From contig OX597815.1 in the NCBI GenBank assembly GCA_951406725.2, forward strand, positions 28,024,001 through 28,088,000: DNA of 64,000 nucleotides. Reading direction: 5' to 3'. The notes below the pieces were generated by a model. That model was not told where the DNA came from. It worked only from the letters and a program-made list of their open reading frames with translations, and did not search any database. Of this stretch, positions 52,210-62,033 are shown piece by piece. Source of the stretch: Octopus vulgaris (Eukaryota). Both the position numbers and the translations under genes were made by a program. Each line of letters opens with the position of its first letter. The stretch's first letter is position 1.

Positions 52210-53375
52210 TGTCATTCCCTCTCCAATTGTGAAGCTAAATATTGTGAATTCTGAACTAATTCTTCCTAGGAATTCCTTAATTTATCTTTAACATAAGAAC
52301 CTGTCATCACAAACTCATGGCACTTTTTACCTAGCATGTTCAATATTCTTTTGTTATATGTTCCTTAATGCTTTCTTGAATACTTGTATAGTCTTTAATA
52401 TTAAATTAGCAATAACCATCTTACAGACAAAGTTCAATTTCTCTTTCATTGCTCATGTTTTGCTAAAATTACAGGATAACACTTCTTAACATTAGCTACA
52501 TAATCTGGTTTTTGCATGGTAAAAATATATCTTTATTTTTTTGCAATATAACTTCTATAAAATTATCTCCTATCTACATCATAGTCACTATAAAATCATT
52601 AATTCCAACCTCCTAGTAATTATACTATCACTAATTCTGCCAACAACATCTATGTGCCATTTGAAAAATTTCTGGCTAAAGTCATGATTTCTGATATTCT
52701 AAGCCATTCTACCTTATGTGTTACACTTAAAATTCAGCTTTCAGTCAATCTACCAGAGATCTCATTGCACCTTTCTTTATTTTTGCTGATACAATTGTTC
52801 CACTAACCTCATAGTATTTAATTCCATGATTTTCTCTTCTTTCATAGTGAACAAGGTTCACTATGGGAATATATATATTCCCACATTGTTGAATATTCCA
52901 TAGGGTATTTTGGTATTAAAAATCTATAACAAATAAAACCAACTAAACAACATCAGTACCAAAATTTGCAATCTAGAATGTTAATAATTAAGCTATGTAT
53001 TTCTAAACTAATCTACAAATGAAACACCAAACCATGTAATTAAAGCTTATATAATTTATAATTATTACATTAATTATGGGAACACAAAGACAAGTTTTAT
53101 TATTTTTGAAACAAATAGGCTAGCCATAATTATTGCATGTGCTTGTACATACAAGTGTATGCACATACATATGTATATATATTTAGTGCATTTGGTTTTT
53201 CCTATACCATGGTTTTATGGTTTGTAGGAAAAGCAAACTTATCTTTTATATATGGATCTACTTCAAAAGTCTCATGAAGATTGTGGTGTCCAAATTCCTA
53301 GATACAAAATTATATACTATGTTCCGTGTATGGGTGCATATTGAGTACTTTAGTAAGTTCAGTTGATTGAACAAT

Positions 53376-53760
53376 TCATCATCATCATCGTTTAACATCC
53401 GTTTTCCATGCTAGCATGGGTTGGACGGTTCAACCGGGGTCTGGGAAGCCTGGAGGCTGCACCAGGCTCTAGTCTAATCTGGCAGTGTTTCTACAGCTGG
53501 ATGCCCTTCCTAATACCAACCATTCTGTGAGTGTAATGGGTGCTTTTTACGTGCCACCGGCACAGGGGCCAGAGGAGGCTGACAACGGCCACAATCGGTT
53601 GGTGCCTTTTACATGCCACCAGCACGCATGCCAGTCAAGGCGGTGCTGGCATTAACCACGTTCGGATTTTCCTTTTTAAGTGCCACCAGCATGGGTATCA
53701 CAACTACAATTTCCATTTGATTTTTATTTTTATGTTGATGTACTTGACTCAATAGGTCTC
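53376..53760 (-). mobile_element. RTE 3' UTR copy, inverted relative to 51888-52209
   Basis: catcatcatcgtttaacatccgttttccatgctagcatgggttggacgg... Confidence 0.9.
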
Positions 53761-54032
53761 GTAAATATTTATTGTCAAACCCAATGGAGTTTCACTTATA
53801 TTACTTGGTTTTGATATGATGTATGCATACATATATTTTTGTGTATATGTCCATATATACAAAGCAACAGTACAAATCATGGAAAATGTAAGTGTTGATG
53901 GAGTGGCTACTGCACACTCTACTGATTATGGCTGTGTACTGTATAGTGGTATGAGTTATGTAACCCACAATATTTCCATCCTGACATTAACTAGATTATA
54001 CAATTTTTAGAAGAAATACTAAGAAATAAATA

Positions 54033-54365
54033 CCTGATCAAAACCTTGTATATAAATGCAATGGTAAAACTAATCTATATACTTTCACTTATGTAGGATC
54101 CACTTCCTCTAATTTTAAATCAAGATATATAACACACATTTGCAAGGAGAGATAAAGTGGAAACAACATTGCTCTCTGTGAAAGTTTGGGAGTTAAAGGA
54201 CAAAAATATTGAGGACCCTCTAACGTGAAATGTTGTTAGACATGCTAAGACTTATGTAAGTGATAGATATGATTACAATCTTTGCTGTTAGGAACTGTTA
54301 GAAATCTTAAACTGTTAATAGATCAGATGAATTAAGGATCAAATGCTTACATTCTATCCATAGAA
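54033..54365 (+). mobile_element. Penelope-like element GIY-YIG endonuclease remnant; an AT-rich 3' region probably extends to about 55200
   Basis: LVYKCNGKTNLYTFTYVGSTSSNFKSRYITH...TLLSVKVWELKDKN...NLCC*ELLEIL...NRSDELRIKCLH. Confidence 0.8.
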
Positions 54366-55489
54366 CTTTCTTATACTTTAAACCAATTCTATAAAGTGTT
54401 CTCTGAGTCTAGATACATATCTATAACCTACAATACAGACCTTAATTACTAATGATAAGAGTCATTGATTATAATTAAATAGCCTAGCATAGCTTAATAC
54501 TAATAACTGATCATATTTAAGCTACGTTTGTGTACCTTTAGTTCTAATGGCATATATCAACGATTGTCATTTTATATATATTATAATTAGATAATTTTAT
54601 TATTTGCTCTTATCCTTAGGTGGTATCTTTACAATATTTACTGCACCTTCTCTAGTTATGGCTTTTATAATTCTTTATAATTCTATAAATTCTTTCAACA
54701 CTTGTAACATATATGGTCTTTGCAATTCTTATAAATTTTTAACATTTTCTTGATACTTCTCATAAATTTAAATTATCACAAGTGATCTGACCTATCTACA
54801 TAGCCTATATTATTTCAATTGACTTATTTTATATTCAATAATAATGTGACAATGAGAAACATTGGGATTCATGGTTTTCAGTTTAGGAATATTGTTTCTA
54901 TCTTTCAACCATTAATTCTAGCCTTTTGACTGATAACTTCAAAACAGCTAAATAAATGATATCTCTAAATTTCAATATTTAACTGACATAAACTTATATC
55001 CTTTATGTTGAGATTGATTATAGCCTAAACTACTTCCATTAGTCTAGTATACACATTTATTTGTTTATGTCAACACCTTCTTCCTTCCAACAGTGTTGCT
55101 TACTTTCTCCATTAGATTTACCCAATTTTCTTTCTATTTAAGCATTTATAGGTTATGATTGCCGTGATTATGGCTATCTCTATATATCAATTACCCCCCC
55201 CCCCCCACTTTCTTTCCTCTCCTTTTGCCTTCCCTTTCCAAAGTTTTGCAGAGATCTTCGCTATTCTCTGTGTTTTTCCTTAAGATATTTTCCTCAGAAT
55301 AATTAGTTGGATCTCTGTTAATTAAAGCTAAATTTCTATTATTCTATAATAATTAACCAGAGCACTTTAATCAAAAGAAATTAAGTTAATGAAAAAGTAA
55401 CACTTGAATTGATTAACAATGTCAATTCTTTTGATGTACTAAACAATATAACGAAGTAAATACACATCACATGACTATACCAGCACAGT

Positions 55490-56055
55490 CATCTCTCTTA
55501 CATATCATAACTGATGTCCCTTATAATCAATTTTTCTCTTAAGATGCTTACACTCTGTCATACATGCACACTACCATTCCACATCTAGAAGAGCATATTA
55601 GATTCACTTCTTTCAAGCTTTCACATGTCTCCTGCAGTCACAGTCCATGTTTCACTGCCTTGTAGCATGGCTGTTTACACACAGGCATCATACAATCTGT
55701 CTTTTACTCTGAGGAGAGGACCTTTGTTATTAACAAAGGTAGAAGCTCTCTGAACTTTGCCCAACCTATTCTTATTCTAGCAGCTACACTCTCAGGGCAT
55801 CTACCTCCGCTGCTGACTTGGTCATCTAGATAATGAAAGCTATCATCATCTAGATATCCCACTTGGCATCTGATAGAATCTATTTTCTGTATATTTCTAG
55901 TGTTTATTATACCTGTGCATCTGTCACACACAAAGACCATTTTCCCTGTTAACCTTCCTCTGATATTACTGCACCTCTTATGTATCCATTGCTTGCACTG
56001 GAGTTTCTTATGGAGTTTCTACCTACACCTTTTCTACATATCAAGAAGGGCCTGT
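55490..56055 (-). mobile_element. RTE ORF2 fragment
   Basis: FVCDRCTG...DSFHYLDDQVSSGGRCPESVAARIRIGWAKFRELLPLL. Confidence 0.85.
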
Positions 56056-56340
56056 GTGTATATGATTGAATGCATATGTGTGTATATGTATGTGTGAATG
56101 TGTAAGTGCTTAGCTAAGTATAGACATATATGTAATGTTACAAGCATTGCCAAATGCTAAGTTCATCTCACACTCATGTGGTCTGAGGTTTCATCCTACT
56201 GTGCAACACCACGGATAAATGTCTTCTACCACAACCTTGGATTGCCTCACTGTCATCTGAAGGATGTGGTGCTGAATAAGTTATTGAAGGATAGAATGTG
56301 TCAGATGTAGATGACTTGAATGTCTTCATACTAAAAGAAA

Positions 56341-56490
56341 CTGACCAAAAATGGCAACTTCAAGAAATCAAGTGTGTCTCTTATAAAATACTGGGTGAAG
56401 AATGCATGGGATGATATTCCAAATGAGATAGTAATTTAGAGCTTCTTGAAAAAAGAGGGCTTCTGAAGATTACCATTTGTGAGTTAATGA
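56341..56490 (+). mobile_element. pogo/Tigger-like transposase C-terminal remnant
   Basis: LTKNGNFKKSSVSLIKYWVKNAWDDIPNEIVI*SFLK. Confidence 0.7.
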
Positions 56491-57420
56491 CCAACACAAC
56501 CAAAAACAAGAAGATGGATGAATTAACAACATCATAGGATGCAGACAAACATTTGATACAACAAGAAATAGGAGGTCGTTTTTAACATCAGTGATGAGGA
56601 AACATTTAACTGACTTCTAAATTGATTTTAACATTGATTTCTTTAAGTTGTAATTAATAATATTTTGTTATTGATTGATAATTTCATAATTGAGCTTAAC
56701 CTTGAACATTAATTGATGACTTATTAAATTTGCTTTAATGGTTTTCTTTGATATCATAATATAATTTTTGGTTATGTATTATGCATGATGTGGTTATTCC
56801 TAAATTAATGCGTTAAAAATTTAATTGTTTAACTCTACTAAGAACGGTACACATGTAATACAATTTTGGAAAGCTCCCTGGCCCTTATAGTCTCATCTTC
56901 CATGCAGAATTAAGATTATAAAAAATTTGCATCAGCTTTTCCATGCAAAGTATAGGGTACAGCATACACAAGACTAAATACAGTGAGTATCTATCTTCTA
57001 TATTTCGTGGAACAAAGCATAAAAGTGCTCAATATACCTTTGGGTTAGTGTGTGTACAGTGTCTGGCATAGGTTTGTTATATCTAATATAAACTGTGATG
57101 ATATCATTTATTCAACTTACAAAAGCCATAAAACATGAACTGAGAAAAAAACTCAAATATATAAACATATATATCCGCACACACACACACACACACATAC
57201 ACAAAACTAAAGGGTAAATCCAATTCATGCAAACAAAGGGCTATTATACCATTCAACTACTGGCATATTTTCACTAACTATTAAAAATCAAAAGATACAA
57301 TGGTTGAAACCACAACAACAATAACCACAGTGATTTAAATGCATTAAATAAAGCACAAGATGTGTGTGGCATATTACTGCCATCTAACCATAATAGTTAC
57401 AAAGTGCTGTATTTTCTTAC

Positions 57421-57426
57421 CCGATG
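57421..57426 (-). CDS. slo: Candidate 6-nt microexon (phase 1-1), adds Ala-Ser
   Basis: Minus strand reads ctttatttctttttacag|CATCGG|gtaaga. Both splice sites are strong, the exon preserves frame, and its phase fits the flanking exons. Confidence 0.55.
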
Positions 57427-57799
57427 CTGTAAAAAGAAATAAAGATGGATTATCTCAAAAATTTTGAGAGACAGAAAGAAAGAAAGGGGAACAAAAACAA
57501 CTGTATGAATAATAAACAGTGAAAAAGAATATTTTTCATAGCTAAAGTAGTAACAGCCTGTAGAAATAAACATTGATATTTAAAATATGTACTGAAAAAA
57601 AAAAAAATCAAAAAAGCATGTATAGGGACCTATTTTGCATATATTTAATTTAAGCAAAGAATAAATTAATGCAATGATCAATAAACAAAATCAAAGGTTA
57701 ATTATAAATGAAACATTACTTACCTTATGTGTAGGGAAAAAGTAACAATATATTAAATAGTTACAAAAAAACCCCCAAAAAACTGGAAAATGTAATAAT

Positions 57800-57995
57800 A
57801 AAATCCTTTGTATTATAGGACAAGGCCTGAGATTTTGGTGGAGGAACTAGCTGATAACATTGATTTCAGTGCTCAGCTGATACTCATTTAATCAACCCTG
57901 AAACTTTGGCAGGGTTTGAACTCAGGATGTAAGACAGAAAAATTACGGCTAAGTATTTTGTTCTATGCACTAACGATTCTGCCAGCTTCTGCCTT
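57800..57995 (-). mobile_element. Meta-like SINE
   Basis: gggtttgaactcaggatgtaagacag...aacgattctgccagct. Confidence 0.8.
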
Positions 57996-58042
57996 AATAA
58001 TAATGATAATAATAATAATAAAAACAACAATAATAATAATGA

Positions 58043-58380
58043 TTGTGGAGACCCCCTTCGGTCATGAATGACCGTGGGATTGCACCTAGAAAGTTACCCT
58101 CCCGGGCGCAAGTCCGGGCAAGGTTGTTTATGGAAGGCCAGCAGTTGCCCATGCATACCAGCCTCCCCTCTCCATGCCACCGATGTTATCCAAGAGAAAG
58201 GCAAAGGCCGATACAGCTTGGCACCATTAACATCGCAACTCATTTCTACAGCTGAGTGAACTGGAGCAATGTGAAATAAAGTGTCTTGCTCAAGAACACA
58301 ACACGCAGCTCGGTCCAGGATTCGAACTCACAACCTGATGGTTGTAAGTACGACGCTCTAACCACTGAGCCATGCGTCTT
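58043..58380 (-). mobile_element. tRNA-derived SINE inserted in a (TAA)n tract
   Basis: Minus-strand head gacgcatggctcagtggttagagcg...gagttcgaatcc is followed by gtgttgtgttcttgagcaagacacttt. Confidence 0.9.
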
Positions 58381-58399
58381 CACAATAATAATAATTAAT

Positions 58400-59050
58400 G
58401 ATTTCAAATTTTGGCATAAGGCCAGTAATTTCAGAAGTAGGGATTTGGTTGATACCACCAATCCCAGAACTTGGCTGATACTTTATTTTATCAAACCCAA
58501 AAGGAGGAAAGGTAAAGCTGACTTCAGAAGAGATTGAACTCAGAACATAAGAGTAGGAAAAAATATTGTGTTGTACTGTTTCTGGCACAAATGCTTCAGC
58601 CAACTCACTGCTCTAATATTAATAATTAAAATGATTTCTTCCAAAGGCAAAAAACATCAAATTAGAGGTGAGGGAAATAGTCAATTACATCAACCTTGAT
58701 ACTTCACTGGCATTCTGTTTTATTGACTTTGAGAAGCAAAATTGACTGTAGCAGGATTTGAACTCAGAATGTAAAGATCAGGAACTAATTACCCCAAGGC
58801 ATTTTGTCCAAAGCTCTAATGATTCTACCAATCCGCTTTAAAAAAAAAAAAATAATCCTTTCTACTATAGACACAAAGCCTGAAATTTGCAGGAAGGGGG
58901 TTAAGTCGATTCCACTGACCTCAGTACTTGAGTGATACTTGATTTATCAACCTTGAAAGGATGAAAGGCAAAGTTGACCTCGAACTCAGAACGTAAAGAT
59001 GAACAAAATACCACTAAGCATTTTGCCTGGTGTGCTAATGATTCTGCCTT
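58400..59050 (-). mobile_element. Three tandem Meta-like SINE copies; two more at about 59580-59900
   Basis: Repeated ...tttatcaacc..gaaaggatgaaaggcaaagttgac...ttgaactcagaa... blocks. Confidence 0.8.
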
Positions 59051-59074
59051 ATTATTATTATTACTACTACTACT

Positions 59075-59554
59075 CATCATCATCATGGCTCGGCTTCGCA
59101 AACGAAGATTAGGAAGGCTGTCCATGTTGTGTGCGTACATGCTCATGATTGACAAGTCTGATATGGGAAAGGCAGGTCCGTGAGCAGTGTCCACAGACGA
59201 AGGTAACATCCTGTGTGGTGTCAGAGACGGCTCGCGCCTTCCTCCTGCATCTCTTGTCTTTAAGTGCATCTCTTCTTTGTTCCTCAAACTTGCTGACTGC
59301 GTTGAAGATCATGTGGTGCCAGACATCATGGTCCGCAACCAGGTCTGACCAGCATTGGTGGTTAATATGACATGCTGTTAGAGACTTCTTGAGGCAGTCT
59401 TTGTAGTGCTTCCTCAGAGCTCCTCTCACTGAGTGGCCAGTGGAGAGTTCGCCAAACAGGGCAATCTTAGGAAGGCGATGGTTCTCCATTCTGGAGACAT
59501 GCTCTGCCCATTGGAGGTGGAACTTCAGTAGCATGGCATCAATGCTGGGGATCT
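59075..59554 (-). mobile_element. RTE (BovB/AviRTE-like lineage) 3' end with zinc finger and (ATG)n tail
   Basis: ORF 59109-59534 gives LQWAEHVSRMENHRLPKIALFGEL...CGHCSRTCLSHIRLVNHE. The 3' UTR reads atcttcgtttgcgaagccgagccatgatgatg. Confidence 0.9.
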
Positions 59555-60399
59555 AATAATAATAACAATAATAATAAGGAGGAACAATTGATAACACAGA
59601 TCTTAGCATATGACTAGTATTTTATTCTATCAACCTCAGAAGAATAAAAGGCAAAAGTGACTGGTATGGAATTTGGAATTAGAAGTTAAAGAACCAGAAT
59701 AAATACTGGAAAGCATTTTTTTCCCCCTGTCCCACAGATTCTGTTCATTGGAATAATTTCTTAAACAGGCAACCACAGCCATACATTTGGGGAAAGGTGT
59801 TTTCTATTGAGTCAACCTCAGTACTTGCCTGCTACTTGATTTATCAATCTTCCTTAAAGGATGAAAGATAAAGTTGCTTTTGATGAGATTTAAAGGCAAA
59901 CTGAGTAAGGTATTTTCATGAAGTTTGGAGAAGAAACTCCCAAAAAGTCAAGAACATTTTGGGAAGAGTTGGGACAATAAATGAAAGATAAATATATAAA
60001 AAAACTTCAAGTAAACAATGAAAAAAACCCCCAAAAACTAACAAATTCAAGTTACTATGAAGAGACATACATATGATGCAGAATGTCAAAGGTGCATAGT
60101 ATTCATATAGAATGATTTCTTTTTATAAATACAAGTGTACATATCAGTGTCTTTACACACAAAGATGTTCTTATACAATATCACTGTGAATGAGAATACA
60201 AACAGGCTATTCAATATATATATATATATACATACAGTCATGAATGAGAGAAAGAGTACTCAATACTATAGAATTATTTAATGTAGTTGATTGGTGCCTT
60301 TTGCACTGCTACTTGGAGTTTCACATTATACACATCTCATGATGAAACATCTATTACATGAAACTCTGAATAGTGCAGAAAGGCCTAATTACATACATT

Positions 60400-60483
60400 G
60401 TATGTATGTGTATATGTATGTATGTCTGTATGTATGTATGTATGTATGTGCATATGTATGTATGTCTGTATGTATGTATGTGC

Positions 60484-60514
<31 letters not shown>

Positions 60515-60870
60515 TGTATGTATGTCATAGGACTTATGACATGCATGTACATGTGCATGTACAGCCGGCTATGTATGTATGTTTTAGTTGCCAATTCTGT
60601 ACAAGACATTGTAGATCTTTGGCTGGGCTAAAAAGTCACATTCGATCACAGCACCAGTAACAGTTAAGCTTCGTGCAATGGCCATACTCGATAACGAGGG
60701 GGCAGCCAACATATGTATATATGTATGTATGTATGTATGTGTGTATGTATGTATGTATGTATGTGTGTATGTATGTATGTGTGTATATGTATGTATGTGT
60801 ATGTGTGTGTGTGTGTGTGTGTATGTGTGTGTGTGTATGTATGTATGTATATGTTTGTATTTATATGTTC
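60400..60870. repeat. (ATGT)n/(TG)n microsatellite field
   Basis: Direct inspection. Confidence 0.95.
60580..60710 (+). mobile_element. RTE 3' end (zinc finger and short UTR) within a microsatellite
   Basis: FSCQFCTRHCRSLAGLKSHIRSQHQ* is followed by tggccatactcgataacgagggggcagcc. Confidence 0.7.
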
Positions 60871-61431
60871 GCATATACACTTAATTATGGAACAACAAGA
60901 CAAATAACAGAAATGAAAATACCGAAAGCGAATAAAAAAAGTTCACCTTTAGAAAAGAAACAAAAGTACAATAAGAAATACATAATGCACAGCAGCGACA
61001 AATATCAATGGACCAGACTTTGTGACATATAAGAAATACTAAAGTCATTTACAAGTTTTACTGGCACATCTTAGAGAAAAACTGAGATTGTTCTTCAAAG
61101 ATTTATAGAACTGAATTCCTCATAATAAGTTATCTATGGATGGATAAGTTTAAAATGAAAGCAAAAAAATAGTTAAAATTTCTGTAGTTGTGTATTAGTA
61201 TTTTTATATGAATCATGAAAAAAAATGCCATAAGAAAATGAGTCCTTATCAGGAATATAAATGAGTAGAAGCCAGCTTAGGTATTCTTAAAAATCAATAT
61301 ATGTGCCAATAATCCAATAAATGAATCATACTTAAAGCAACAAATAGATAAAATAAAAGAGTTTTCCCAAATTAAAATATCCGAAGTCATTATTTTAGTT
61401 AAGAAAAGAAGCAGCTAAAGAGAAAGAAAGT

Positions 61432-61968
61432 AGTTGAACAGATTCTGTTAATGCTAATGAGAAGAAGATTGGTCCAACAGAGGCTGTTTTTTAACCATTA
61501 GAAGGAATGGCCAAACAGAACCTGTTGTTACCATTATATGAAATCGCTCAACACTGACTGAAGCTATCATTAGATGAAACAGCTGCACAGTGTCAGTTCT
61601 GAGCATTGGAAATGGTTCAACAGAGTCTATTGTTCCCACCAGTTGAAATGGCTGAATAGAGGCCCAAGTTATCATTCAGGAGTATAACTTTATAGAGTCT
61701 GTTGTTTACCATTAGGTAGAATGACCCAACAGAGTATGTTATTACATTTTTGAGATAGGATGACCCAAAAGAATCTGTTGTTACCATTATGTAGAATGGC
61801 CCAACAGAATCTATAATTACATTTTTGGTGGGATGGTTCAAAAGAATCTGTTGTTACCATTAGATGCAACAACCCAATGAAGACTGTTTACTATCATTAA
61901 CAAGTATGACCCAACAGAGTCTGTTGTTAGCACTAAAGGAAATAGTTTGACTGAGTTGATTGCTAACA
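61432..61968. repeat. Degenerate minisatellite, unit about 36-38 bp, about 14 copies, with a palindromic core
   Basis: Consensus is approximately gaatgacccaacagagtctgttgttaccattagrtr, with core caacagaNtctgttg. Confidence 0.85.
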
Positions 61969-61997
61969 GTGACAGATAAGATAATATTACACTCTAC

Positions 61998-62033
61998 CTA
62001 GAACTGCGGATGCTCCTTTTCGGAATAATGCAA
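61998..62033 (-). CDS. slo: 36-nt coding exon (phase 1-1) of probable slowpoke/BK channel alpha subunit, start of the RCK1-RCK2 linker: (L)ALFRKGASAVL
   Basis: Minus strand reads tttctttttccctctcacag|TTGCATTATTCCGAAAAGGAGCATCCGCAGTTCTAG|gtagag. The peptide resembles Drosophila Slo LATFRKGVRAV and C. elegans SLO-1 LALFRR after KKCKCKN (recalled, not aligned). Confidence 0.75.
   Translation of the reverse strand: MHYSEKEHPQF

Noticed and set aside
58305-58380. tRNA gene (also 15050-15125 and 22251-22340)
   Set aside because: The tRNA-like heads run directly into SINE bodies and do not form a convincing cloverleaf.
61432-61968. CRISPR-like array (about 37-bp period, palindromic core)
   Set aside because: The units are contiguous and diverged with no unique spacers, there are no cas genes, and the context is eukaryotic.
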